This document shows positions 50,841 through 63,301 of a stretch of 64,000 nt of DNA, one piece after another. A model generated the notes under the pieces. That model was not told the DNA's origin and did not search any database. It was given only the letters and a program-made list of their open reading frames with translations. The position numbers and the translations under genes are program-made. How positions within the stretch are numbered: the first letter of the stretch is position 1; each line of letters opens with the position of its first letter. The stretch covers positions 913,946 through 977,945 of the forward strand of contig NC_068984.1 in the NCBI RefSeq assembly GCF_001194135.2. Direction: 5' to 3'. This DNA is from Octopus bimaculoides (taxonomy: Eukaryota).

Positions 50841-52669
50841 TGTGTTGATATAACGGCTGATCATGTTGCGCCGTGTGCACTGATCAGTTGCACGGGATTG
50901 GAAAGATGATGCACTAATTTCACTGTATAAAAGAAAGGCACCAAGTGAAACTCTGGTATCTCGTGTGGTCTTTCTTTTATGTAAGACTCGGTACGAAACC
51001 CGCACTTCTTATCCGTGAAGAGTCGGACATTGGGAGGTCAATACGGACATTTTGCGTACATACAGCTTTAGCGGCTCCAGTAGAGAACTGCTGTTTTTTA
51101 TGTCCAAAAGTTTGCTCAACTACTACGGGGCCGAATATTGCTTTTAAACAAAATCCCTAGGACGGTGCCACTGTTAGTATGATTCTTGGCCAAATTATGT
51201 GCTACATTGGGTACATGAAGAAATTAAAACAAAATCAGTGTCAGTTTGTTTTGTGAGGGCCTATGGTAAAAATATTGCATCTGGCTTCATAGGAAATCGA
51301 ACAGACGACCACCACCATTACACCCCTTCTCCCTTTGTCTCTCTCTGTATATATGTGGGTGGGTGTGTGTTAGAGAGAGAGGGAGAAAGATGACGACGCG
51401 TATAGGATAGACGATTGCTTTAAACATAGGTCGAAAGCCCACTGGCAGAATAGAAAATTGACCGAAAACACATTAGTCAACATAGCCTTTATCAAAAGAC
51501 ATATTCGTGTAATATTCGATGAAACACAAAGAAACTAAATGTCGATTCATTTTTTAAGCAATTTATTTTAATTTTAAAAACATTATGAGCAGATTATTTT
51601 TTAAATGAAATATATTTTCAATTTATTCTCAGACACTTTTCTTTATAAGAAAATGAACATAATTATGAGAAAAGATGAAAAGATTATTTATATCCAAGAT
51701 TATACGCAATATCTCACAGATAATTTTTAATTTCTCTGATTTGCATTGTCCAGCTCAACAGTTCGAATTCCTTTTGAGGAAATAATGCTTTTAAAATTCT
51801 TTGGTTCAACAGGAGTACCAATTTGTACAAGAACTACCGAGTTTCAACGAGATGTTGTCGACGTATAACGTTGCACACGAGATAAACGTATGAATGTCTT
51901 GTACCAATGAAGTCAAAATGTTTACGCAAGGCTTTCATATGATTATTTGTGCAGTCCTGACTTTTAATGTATTCCTCATTCCATACAAGAAAAATAAATA
52001 AATCTACCATATCGTTCACGACACCTTTTTCTCGGGGTATAAACTTCCTGAAAAGTTTTTAGAAACGGCTATTACGATTCACGGATTCTAAAGATATTTT
52101 CTGATAGAGAAATTGGACATTAACAAACGTAAACACCGACCATGCTAACTAAAGAGTAATGAGCAACCAACGGGTTATAAATGCTGATATCAACTGCGTT
52201 CATGCCCAATATGCACTTAGCTAAAATTTCAACAAGGCTTTCCAAGGCCATTCTATTCTGTTCAACGGATCCCCTGACATTACCATACATATCTCCAGGT
52301 TTGCTTCTCACAAACTTCTCAGGTTTGATTTTTTTTATCATACCTTTGTTAACGTTTATGTTTTTCACGTGCAATCATTGTTTCGAAATATTTCTTAGAA
52401 AAATATTTAAACTCTTTAAATTTTGACGAATATTGTAACTTTTCCGCGACTAATATGGTTTTTATCAATTTTTTCTTTTACCGAATTTGTTTTTCGATCA
52501 ATGTAATTTCATAACGAATTTTCGGTGGTCTTATAAACCGTGATGTGGGTGTTGTTACTTCTACTTTTCGTAATTTTTATGAACTGGGTTGACATGCGCA
52601 GCCATTGTGGAAGTGGAACCACAATTGGTGGGTGTAGGGTTGGTCGGCTGATAGTTCTTGAGGACATGG

Positions 52670-53260
52670 TGCTACATGGCTGATGAGAAGATGATTTCCA
52701 GCATACACTGAATGGGTTCACTGCCGAGGGCTGCAAAGTAGGGGTGAGAATGAATATTGCAAAGCCTGAGGCAGAGATCTTCTCACGAAACTCGCCCTAG
52801 TGCACTCTGCATGTTAGCGAAACGTCTTTGAGACAAGTGGAGAAGTTTAAGTATCTTGGGGCTGCATACACGTGTGATGGAAGCGCAAGGAGCTGAATCG
52901 GATGCCAGAATTTCAGGTACTGGAATGGTAATGTACCATTTACAGCATTCGATCCTTGGGCAAGGAGAGGTTGGTAAAAAAGCCAAATCTCTTCAATTTG
53001 GTTTTCGCACCTATCTTCGCCTCTGGTCATGACCGTTGAATAATGACTGAAAGAGTACGATCGCGAATAGAAGCGGTCGGGATGGGCTTCTTCTGAAGTA
53101 CGTCTGAAGTAACGTTACTCGACAGGCTGCGTAACTCGAGATTAGGGATTCTCTCCAGGTCGAGCCGCTACTTCTCCGCATTGAGAGATCACAACTCTGC
53201 CACTGCAAACATGTAATTAGAATGTCGTAGGATGGATTCTTTAAGCTGAGCCAACCTGCA
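52670..53260 (+). mobile_element. RTE-like (Expander/Rex3-type) LINE RT C-terminal remnant
   Basis: DDFQHTLNGF...RQVEKFKYLG..TCDG; APIFASGH..IMTERVRSRIEA; VTLLDRLRN; VEPLLLRIERSQL. Confidence 0.85.
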
Positions 53261-53274
53261 TGAGATCTACGGAT

Positions 53275-54076
53275 TAACCGGCATGTTGTCGGCTATTTCG
53301 GCATAGTTGGCTGCTGCGTCCTTCTCGCTCCCTTCTCGTCAAAAATAAGTTCCTAGCTGCTACTTTAATGCAATTCATTGTACTTACAAAGTTCCTATCT
53401 TTCCTCAATTTTCTGATCTGAACACCATCAAATACTCTACCTTTTATCTTTTCACTGCTCAGAAATGTGCCACAGATATAGTGAAAGCATGATCCATCTT
53501 AATCCAGAGCTTTAACATAATGCCAAGTTTGATATGGAGTGGAGGTAGGGCGATTTTTCTCGGTTGAATCAAAGGCTCTTCAACCATACTAAAAGACCCT
53601 GGAACTAATGTTCACGGCAATCATTCTTTGATCATCCAATGTTTTCCCCTGGCTCTGCTGTCCTCCATACATAAAAAAAGCTTGGATAATTAATGCATCT
53701 ACTTTGTTATCCCAGGAGAAAACTGATCATCTTAAAGCCCACGCATATCACCCACTGATGATTGTGGGACTTAATTATCTCTACAATTGTTTTCACGACT
53801 TCATATTTTTCTGCTAGTTTTGTAGAGTGACTAATTGGAACAGAGGCTAATATATTTCCATGATGAGTTTGAACACATTTCAAAATTCTTTTCGAGCTAT
53901 CAGTAAAAATGAGCCATTTCTGAAAAAGTGAGGAAAATTGCGAAAATTATTGAGTTTGGTTATCTTGAAATCTAGACGTGATGGTAAAAAATGGATCTCT
54001 TTTTTGGATTCAGCATATCAAAAGACCTTCAAATCAGGTAAAAATGTCCTGACAGCAAAATACCTGATGGGTTGTG
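53275..54076 (-). mobile_element. Chapaev3-like (CMC group) DNA transposon, 5' end plus deleted transposase
   Basis: FTDSSKRILKCV...GN.LASVPISHSTKL; KALD.DGSCFHYIC; NYAEIADNM. The minus strand starts with CAC at 54076 and carries the subterminal tgctgaatccaaaaaa motif. The family name is from recall of the motif set. Confidence 0.7.
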
Positions 54077-55434
54077 TTATTGGTTAAACAGGACAGATGA
54101 AGACTTTGAAAAAGGTTGAAAGGAAATCATTGGCGGTTTAAAGGATTTTAATTTGAAACCGGAGATTCAGGTTGTTGGGAGCTTCGACGTTTCCGTTTAA
54201 AGACATTCACTACTTTGTGATGATTACAGAGTTATTATTGATAAGCATATCTGTTCCCAGAAAAAGATGTTCCGATGGCTTCGGGTACACAGAAATGTTT
54301 TTCTACATTTACATATGGCAAAACAAATTGCTTTACTGAATTTTCAGAATCTTTTAAGCTGCGTCAATATCAATGGAATTGTTTCGTTCAAGCTGACAGT
54401 CTATCAAATTATGGAACTAAGAAAACGGGTGATTATTTGAGAGAGTGGAGTGAGACAGAGGGAGAGAGAGAAGTCAATCTTTTGATATAGTAATCTTTGT
54501 CCCATTCTTTCTACACTCCTCTCTCGTATAAATATTTTCTTTTCCCCGTTTCATTTCTGCATTCTTTTTTCTTCCTCATCTCCTCTTCCTTCTCCTCACT
54601 CTCGAAATATATATTTTGTTCAATCTTTCTTCCCAGTGGTTTAAGTCAAAGCCACAGAATGAATACACACTTGAAGGTCAAAGTTATTTCTTAAAGTTCA
54701 CTTCGAAATAACTTCCACACATCTGGAGACAATAAAGACAAAAAATTAAACAGGATGAACATTTCGCTACTTAATCCTGTTACTGCGTTTCTTGTTGATC
54801 ATTAGGTTTGCTACTCGTGCGCGATAAAATTAGATTGGAAACAATAATCGTTCGATAATTTTAAAAAGAAATTACATTTATATGATTCAATGTTTATAGA
54901 AATAGTGATTGAAATGTCAAATGGTGTGTGTTGTTAGTGAACGAATATCGATAAAGATACAAACCAAACATTAGAAATCAATTTTTGTCAGTTAAATCAA
55001 CAATTTCTCACGATCAAGGACGAGATTTATTTCTTCAGAGACGAGTCGCAGACTAACAGAACCTCAGTCCAAGTTCGATTCGTGATTGAAACTATTTATT
55101 TTACATTGTTTTCGCTGCAAATAATTTTTCATGGAATCGGAACGATTAAAACAGCTCCTGAAATATTTCTTCTTTGGTGCTTTGGAAAACAAGAGAAGCA
55201 ATTTGTATGAAATATCTGGTGATTATCGCAGACCAAGCAATAGTAATTTCCCCAGCGAGCAAAGACCAAAATCCAGTTTCAATTTTCAGATAAACGTACT
55301 TCATTTTTTATATAAATGACATTGGGAAAAGTATATCTGCTCCAACATCCCATCCTCCATTAAGTAAAGTAGAGGAACCGTATGTCTATTCAAGAGAACT
55401 AAGTTGCCGGTAATCAGAATAGGTGCAATTCCCT

Positions 55435-55551
55435 GAATGCTGATTACATTGACCCCAATACCCTGCTGGTATTTATTGTATCGACGTCAAAAGAATGAAG
55501 GACAAAGTCGACCTCGGCGAAGTTTGAACTCAGAACGAAGTACCGCTAAGC

Positions 55552-55552
<1 letters not shown>
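55435..55552 (-). mobile_element. SINE family 3, truncated, running into (TAA)n
   Basis: Matches 57581-57791. Confidence 0.85.
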
Positions 55553-55598
<46 letters not shown>

Positions 55599-55599
55599 C

Positions 55600-55772
55600 C
55601 TTTGAGGGGAAGGAGATAGTTCATCACATCGACCCCAATACTTTATTTATCGACCCCGCAAGGACGAAAGGCAAAGTCGACCTCGGCAGAACTGGAACGC
55701 GAAACGTAACGACGGGCGAAATACCGCTAAGTATTTCATCCAGTGTGCTAACAATTTTGCCAGCTCGATGCC
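55600..55772 (-). mobile_element. SINE family 3
   Basis: Matches 57581-57791; preceded by (TAA)n. Confidence 0.85.
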
Positions 55773-55784
55773 TTACACACAGAT

Positions 55785-56210
55785 AGAGAAATCAAGGCTA
55801 ATAGGCGGGATATAGTTGTCAGAGATCACCAACAAAAATTGCTTTCTAATCGATGTATCAATATCAACAGATGACAATGTTTCTCTAAAAGAAACGGAGA
55901 AACTTTCAAAATACAAAGATCTGGAGATAGAGGTAACTCGAATGTGGAGTTTAAATGCAGAAACAATTCTTATAATAGGCGCGTTAAATATGATAAAAGA
56001 AAAATATTCAGCCAAATGCATAACAGAGACACCGGGACTTACAAGTATATAACATACAGAAAATAGCACCACGAGGCACCACACACATCCTACGTCAAAC
56101 ACTTTCAATACAGTAAAAATGAGAGCATCACAACAAACCACAGCACATAACCAAGACACACAGAGCTGCGCTCGGTAGTGCAGTGAAGGCACATGAAAAA
56201 AATAAGACTA

Positions 56211-56214
<4 letters not shown>
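55785..56214 (+). mobile_element. R4/Dong-like 3' end plus UTR, followed by (TAA)n
   Basis: NRRDIVVRDH; CFLIDVSISTDDNVSLKETEKLSKYKDLEIEVTRMWSL..ETILIIGAL. Same subfamily as 26905-27290 (DIVVRDH). Confidence 0.88.
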
Positions 56215-56284
<70 letters not shown>

Positions 56285-56289
56285 TGAAA

Positions 56290-56600
56290 GGCAAAATCAA
56301 ATGTATGGACGGGCTAGCGATATCGTTGGGGTTAGGGTTACGATCATAATATAGCGGCGAAAGAATTTGACAAGATCAGTAAATATAAAGACTTCTTAAT
56401 AGAAATTGAAAAAATGTGGCATCTCAAGGCGACTACCGTACCAGTGATTGTAGGATCTCTACGAATGATTAAAAAAAGGTACTGAAACCTATTTGAAAAT
56501 GATACCAGGCTTACCATCCCTACAGGAAGTGCAAAAAAATCGTGCTTACTGGAACGACTCATGTACTGAGAAGAGCATTATCGCTGTGAAAACAACATCC
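56290..56600 (+). mobile_element. R4/Dong-like 3' end
   Basis: NIAAKEFDKISKYKDFLIEIEKMWHLKATTVPVIVGSL; preceded by (TAA)n at 56215-56283. Confidence 0.85.
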
Positions 56601-56784
56601 ATTCATGAATTTATTTATTTATTTATTTATTTAATTAAATACATATTTTACCTGTGAATTTGCGTGTGTAAACTGGAAATGCGTACAATGAGTTTCCCTG
56701 CCCTAGGTGTACGGAAAACACTCGGCGAGAAATGGAAGAAAATTTGAAGAAAGAAGAAAAAACATAATAATAATAATAATAATT

Positions 56785-56969
56785 CAGCGACAAGGCAAAC
56801 AGTTACGGGGGGAGGGAGTAAATCGATTGTATTGACCCCAGTGTTCAACTGGTAATTATTTAATCGACCTCGAAAGGATGAAAGGCAAAGTTGACCTTGA
56901 CAGAATTTGAACTCGGATCGTAAAGCATTTTGCCCGACGCACTAACGATTCTTCCAGCTCCACCGCCTT
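56785..56969 (-). mobile_element. SINE family 3 flanked on both sides by (TAA)n
   Basis: Matches 57581-57791. Confidence 0.85.
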
Positions 56970-57019
56970 AATAATAATAATAGTAATAATAATAGTAATG
57001 ATGATGATGATGATGATTC

Positions 57020-57180
57020 TTTCTGATCTTGGTAGAAGGCCAACAATTTTGAGGGAAATAGGCAAATCGATTACAACTTGTAAGTATTTTATCGATTCCA
57101 AAAGAATGAAAGATAAAACCGACTTCGAAAAAATTTGGAGCCAAAAACGAATGAAGCGCCACTAAGCATTTTGTCCGACT
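57020..57180 (-). mobile_element. SINE family 3, degenerate
   Basis: Weaker match to the same consensus. Confidence 0.65.
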
Positions 57181-57580
57181 CGAATTTAATAATTACGACT
57201 GGGAAAGTACCTAGGGCTGTTCGTTGCATAAAACACTAATAGTAAAGTCAGTGCTAGCATAATTTAATGAGTTAAGAAATTTTAGTTAATCAAAATTTCT
57301 TGTGTTGAGAAGAATTAATTATTGTACAAAAAGTAGGGGAGACAGCACCTTAGTTATAATCAATTAGTTATAATGAATTAAAAGTGGAATGCAGGAATAC
57401 AGTGGAGTCTAAGCTTTAGTCAAACAGAAGGGTGACAACTCCTGACATGTTTCAATATTATTAGACCTCATTTATCATGTTCACTTTAAAATCAAATAGA
57501 ACATAGGACATGTCCTTGAAAATGAAAATTCTTGGAAATAAACTAAATGTTCAAAGACTGGTGCTGAGATAAATATTATT

Positions 57581-57791
57581 CTAGGCATAAGGCACAAGGC
57601 CCGACATTTTGGGGTGAGAGGGCCAGTCGATTAGACCGACCCCAGTACGCAACTGGTACTTGATTTATCGACCCCGAAAGGATGAAAGGCAAAGTCGACC
57701 TTGTTGGAATTTGAACTCAGAACGTAAAGACAGACGAAATACCACTAAGCATTTCGCCCGGCGTGCTACCGTTTCTGCCAGCTCGCCGCCT
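57581..57791 (-). mobile_element. Full-length SINE family 3 with target-site duplication
   Basis: Minus-strand A box (agctggcagaaacggtagc) and B box (gagttcaaattcc). TSD tgctgagataa(a/g)tat(t/g)att at 57562-57580 and 57792-57810. Confidence 0.92.
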
Positions 57792-57987
57792 TGCTGAGAT
57801 AAGTATGATTGTATTTTTGTTTTTCTTGTTGTTTAGCTCCAAGTCAGTTCTGATTCGATAGATTTATGATCATTAATACTCCAACCATGACCATCCAATC
57901 TTATTCTAATGCTTAATGCATCCTGGGAATTATCTATTTTGCATACCAATTTTTCTTGTTAAATGAAGGAGAGACGTGACTTATTTC

Positions 57988-58220
57988 TTATTTCTTTGTT
58001 GCCCACAAGGGGCTCAACATAGAGGGGACAAACAAGGACAGACAAAGGGATTAAGTCGATTACATCGACCGCAGTGCGTAACTGGTACTTAATTTATCGA
58101 CCCCGAAAGGATGAAAGGCAAAGTCGACCTCGGCGGAATTTGAACTCAGAACGTAACGACAGACGAAATACCGCTAAGCATTTCGCCCGGCCTGCTAACG
58201 TTTCTGCCAGCTCACCGCCT
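57988..58220 (-). mobile_element. Full-length SINE family 3 variant with a different 3' tail
   Basis: Head and core nearly identical to 57581-57791. Imperfect TSD tgac(tg)ttatttc at 57977-57987 and 58221-58233. Confidence 0.92.
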
Positions 58221-58269
58221 TGACTGTTATTTCTAGCAGGTTATTCAACCACGTAATAGCTTCCTTGTT

Positions 58270-58545
58270 AACTCGAATCATCAAGGAATCCCTGGTAGTA
58301 GAATTAAAGATCTATGAGATGGAGGCAGAGGACTCCGGTTGCAAAGGGAGTTAATATAAAATGTACTGTTGGCTTGTCAGTTATTGTTCAGGTATAGGAT
58401 TAGGACTGTGTGGAACGATCGGAGGGAGTCTGGTCTGAAGTCAAGCATTCCAACATCTGCCAGTTGCCTTCTCTAAGTTCATGAGGAAGATTTGAACTCA
58501 CTACTCTAAGCTTACGAAAAACCACTTAAATCTGTTGTATTTCTT
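58270..58545 (-). mobile_element. Possible CR1-like remnant
   Basis: DLSGFS*A*S..F.SSS*T*RRQLADV resembles the L.SY..RL..L.L.SLE.RR..ADL pattern; heavily decayed. Confidence 0.35.
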
Positions 58546-58860
58546 AGTAGTTCAGAGTATTCGGCTCATGATCGTAAGATCGGACGTTCGATTCCCGGCA
58601 ACGCGTTGTGTCCTTGAGCAAGATACTTTATTTCACGTTGCTCCAGTCTACTGGCAAAAGTGAACAGTACCTGTAATACAAAGGGAGCCAGCCTTGTCCC
58701 ATTCGGTATCACACTGAATCTCACTGAGAACTACGTTAAGAGTTATGCATGTCTGTGGAGTACTCAGCCACTTGCACGTTAGTTTCACGTGCAGGCTGTT
58801 CTGTTGATCGAATCAATTGGAACGTTCATTGTCGTAACCGACGGAGTGGCGGTAGTATGT
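58545..58860 (+). mobile_element. SINE family 1, near full length
   Basis: B box gttcgattcccgg; core gttgtgtccttgagcaagatactttatttcacgttgctccagt shared with 738-900. Confidence 0.8.
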
Positions 58861-60774
58861 TGTATTTACGTTACTACCGTGAACAAAACCTGGCCTCATT
58901 ACCGTGTGCTAACGATATGCCTATTAGATATATTACACCAACACTACTACCGAGAAGAGAACTTAAGCTCATTGCAGTAAGTTGAATAATCTGTATTCGG
59001 ACGGTTACCCATAATGCCGTGGTAAGTATTTACTGCTGGATCGGCCGAGATACTGAAAGGTAGCACCGTGACTGCGACTACAGCACACTCCAAATGACAA
59101 AGAATTAGTTGAAGGTTCTTCAGCAGAGATGCTCGTCCCACCCACTCAGTGAAGAAGCCAAGAAATGAAACATGCACATAATGAAATATATTAAACTATT
59201 CAGAAGGGAATTTACGTTACCATTAGCAACTAGATTTGTCCTCCTGGCAATCATCAATAAACCAATCAATTTAGTTTCACCTTTGCTTTAAACCCCAGTT
59301 AACACTCTACTTCTTTCTCCTTTTCACCTTGAAACAATATTTCATTTGTATTTAAATCAAGTTCTTCATGTCTCTTTTGCAGAAATATCAAATATATTTG
59401 CCTTCACGTTTGCTTTCTTCGTTGTTTTCCTCTTCATAAATCTTTCCAACTTGATTATTTATATATTTTTGATGTATCCAAACTATTTTGATTTACTTTT
59501 TTATTTAATCCCCTTAATATTAAAATGAATTATTGCTCCGTTATATTAATAAATTAAAAATTAATTGAACAGGAAATCCTAATTAAAAAGCGGAAGATAA
59601 TTATGGCAGTTTCAGAACCCAACCAGCCAAACTTCATGTTGATGGAATATAGCTGTGAGGTACTGAAGCGAAACAGCAACTTGTAGAAATAGAGACTTAT
59701 CATAAATCGAAAATCGAACATTCTAGAAATTAGGGGGTCATTGTCCTGTAGACCTGAGTCATCTCAGGCTAGACAGATCCTTGAATAAAGATACACCGGT
59801 GATCAATCTTTCTTTTTTTAGGGGAATGTAGGGCTACATTATAAAATTTAGACCAAATAGACGCTCCAATCAAGGGATAAGCTTAGGCGTTCACTGGTTC
59901 ATCAAGGAAGGGAGGGGGCTGCGTTTTATGACGCTCATTTCTTCAGTTATCCTCAGAGTAGAGACCAGGGCCAAACGCTTGCAACAGAGCTAATTCCGCT
60001 GAAGGCACACAAAGACCAAGTGGTGATGGTGAGGAGTGTGTCCAGGAATAAGTCAACCATCCAAGAACTCAGACAGCAAAGAACTGGTAAAAACATCAAA
60101 GGCTATTTTGCGTAACGTTCTAAGAAAAAAAAATGCCAATTTCATCGTCTTTGAACAAAACCGTTTTTCTGTAGACAAGAGAGTAATTTCTTGCAACAAA
60201 AGTGTTCGGATTTTTTTTTTAATGGGTTTCATAACACAATCTGTCAAGAAAAAGTGAAAGAAATGAAAGAAACCTTAAAACCAAAATTCCAAAATATAAT
60301 CATAGAATCGTGTCGACCATTTCCTGACAAGGCTCGAAAAATTCAAATATAGATGAACAATGCAGAACCACGATGATCTGTTGATTCTACATAGGACTGG
60401 TTTTCGCCAGAAGGAACCCCATGGAAAAAATTTACAAGACAAGACAGGTTTTACAGCTTCCACAATATTCAGTATATTAAGAGGCACCGAACTACACTGA
60501 ATCATGAAGTTGAGTCTCAGCTAATACAGAATCTCTTTGTGATAATGGCCGATATAAATTCGGGTTAGTTGGTTGATTTCTGCTGTCTGGTTACCTGATA
60601 TATAGACAGGGGAGGGAGGAAATAAAGGGGAGACAGACAGACAGACAGACAGACAAAGCTAACACAAGAAGTTAAAGTCGTCGATAGAGAAACACTGGAA
60701 CTGACATGGCGGCGATGGTAAATGATAAAAGGTACAGAACCGGTAGACGCCGAATGCATGACACATGCTTCCAT

Positions 60775-60821
<47 letters not shown>

Positions 60822-61054
60822 TACATACATACACACTCACATACATACATGCATACACACACACACTTATACATACACACAAAGATACATACATACATAC
60901 ATACATACATACATGCATACACACACACATACATACACTCTCTCACACACACATGCACACATATATTCAGTCACACATAGAGAGACATAACTTTACTTTA
61001 AGTCAAAGGATAACATTGAGAAAACTGTTGGGAGAAGCAATATGTTTGTACAGC

Positions 61055-61092
<38 letters not shown>

Positions 61093-61549
61093 ATGGTTAA
61101 GGAGGCTATGTTCCGGTAGAGTCTGGCAAAAGTAAATATCTCAGTAACGTGGGTGGGGGTCTCTAGACGGTCACTTGACGTTTTAGAGATAGCAGCCAAA
61201 TCTCCTCAAATTACATACTACCGTCTCAAAATGTGAAGAACGCATTATGTAATGTACTCCTAGATATCCTTAGATAAGATGATCCTAACAGGAATCCCTT
61301 TGATTATAGAGCTAACTATAGATTATCAATCAGAATTGATTTAAAACTAAGGATACATCACATCGGTAAAAATAATAACAAGAAATGTTTAATAAAACTC
61401 TTGTAAAATAATTTGGTGAATTGGCATTCTGAAAATAATAAGGAAATCAGCCACAAGATTCTTTATCATTAACTTCTCCATTCATATATCATTCCGTTCT
61501 AACAAGAAGGAAACCGAGAAAGAGTAATATATATATAGATAGATTGGTT

Positions 61550-61748
61550 TCAGATTTTGGATCAAGACCAACAAGTTCGGGGATAAATCAATTACATCGA
61601 GGCCATTGCTCAACTGACATTTATTTTATCGGCCCTGAAAGGAAAAGTCGACATCGTTGGAATTTGAAAAGAGAACGTAAAGACGCATGAAATGCAGCTG
61701 AGCATCTTGCCCAACGTGCTAACTAACGATTCTGCCATGTCGCCGCTT
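61550..61748 (-). mobile_element. SINE family 3, degenerate
   Basis: aatcaattacatcga...ttattttatcggccctgaaagg...gaatttga...ctaacgattctgcca..cgccgc. Confidence 0.8.
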
Positions 61749-61998
61749 CGTGGGCAGTTATAATAAAGTAGACTTTACATCAATCTCATGGGTTACTCTA
61801 TGCTTTGGTAGAGTACAAATTTACTATTCTTAAATAAGAATACAGTAGTACCACGGCTTACGAACGCCTCTGATCACGAATAAATCGTGCTATATATATA
61901 TATATCTATTTATTTATTTATTTATTTATGGGTTTCAGCCAAGTGGCTGAGCACGATTTATTCGTGATGAGAGTGTTCGAAAAGACGAGGTACTACTG

Positions 61999-62082
<84 letters not shown>

Positions 62083-62100
62083 TACAGAGACATACACACA

Positions 62101-62134
<34 letters not shown>

Positions 62135-62149
62135 AGCACACACACATAC

Positions 62150-62312
62150 ATACAACGGGCTTCTTTCAGTTTCCGCCCACCAAATCCACTCACAACGCTT
62201 TGGTCGGCCCGAGGCTATAGCAGAAGACACATGCCGATGATGTCCCGCAGTCGAACTGAACGCGGAACCATGTGGTTGGGAGGCGAGCTTCTCGCCACAC
62301 AGCTACGCCTAC
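62150..62312 (-). mobile_element. SINE family 2, head plus core
   Basis: The reverse complement reads ggcgtagctgtgtggcgagaagc...ggttccgcgttcagttc...tgtcttctgctatagcctcgggccgaccaaagc, matching 16820-16920. Confidence 0.85.
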
Positions 62313-62994
62313 GCCAACATACATTGTTTATACAAGATTGGTAGCCAGTAAATAATCCTTAATTGGGCTATTCAAAATCGTATGGAAGAACATGTTGGAA
62401 AAAATACTAAACAAGTTTCCATGTGTGATTCATATGTAGACGTTATCTAAAACTAATAGTATTGATCATGTAACACATTGGCAGTCGATCCTTGTTTCTG
62501 AATTCAATTAGACAAACATATCCACTGGAAACATCACAGCCAAGTCATAAACATATCATAGAAATATCTCCTGCTTAAAGTGAAAGTAAGGCTGTCAAAA
62601 AACGCAATGAAAAGAGGCGGAGAAATTATATTTCCACCGATTCTTTTATTGAGAGGAAGTAGTCAAAGTCATATTTATTAATCGTAATACATGTGTAAAT
62701 ATATTTCTATATATGTGTATATACGTATGTATGTGTGAGTGTGTCCGTATGTGTGTATGTCCGTCCGTACGTGTGTGTGTGTGTGTGTGTGTATGTGTGG
62801 ACGCTTCCCTACATGCTTGCCTCTGAGTCTGTATGAATGTTGTATGAATGTGTTCCCATTTTTTGCATTGGATGTGTATTTCGATCTTTCAGCCAGGCTT
62901 TCTTGACCCCAGCTGACCTTCAGCCCTCAGTCTGGTCAGTGTTTTTCTTTTCCTTTTCCTTTTCTCTTTTTACATATTTATGGTTTTATATGTT

Positions 62995-63133
62995 TTCTTC
63001 CGCCCCAGGACGTACTTTTTAAAGCCCGGTACTTATCGATATCTTAAAACTGAACCGCTACGTTACGGTGACGTAAACACACCAAAACCAGTTTTCGAGC
63101 GGTGGTGGGGGACAAGTGGGGGACAAACACAGG

Positions 63134-63165
<32 letters not shown>

Positions 63166-63301
63166 CACACACACACACACACACCGGTAATCTGGAACCA
63201 AGTGAGATGAACTCCGTTGCTCAAAGATATTGCGTTACATGGGGCTGGAACTGAACCCAAGATGCTACCATCTATGTGTTGAACGTCTTAACAACTGAGC
63301 C
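62995..63301 (-). mobile_element. SINE with tRNA head, TG spacer and family 2 tail
   Basis: Reverse complement: gctcagttgttaag (A box), gggttcagttcc (B box), (TG)n, gtgtttacgtcaccgtaacgtagcgg. Confidence 0.75.

Noticed and set aside
52120-52374. 84-aa minus-strand ORF with ordinary composition
   Set aside because: No family motif recognised; the length is within chance expectation.
60036-60560. Possible piggyBac-like SVD motif (QNRFSVDKRVI)
   Set aside because: No downstream piggyBac motifs, TIRs or TTAA duplication could be found.
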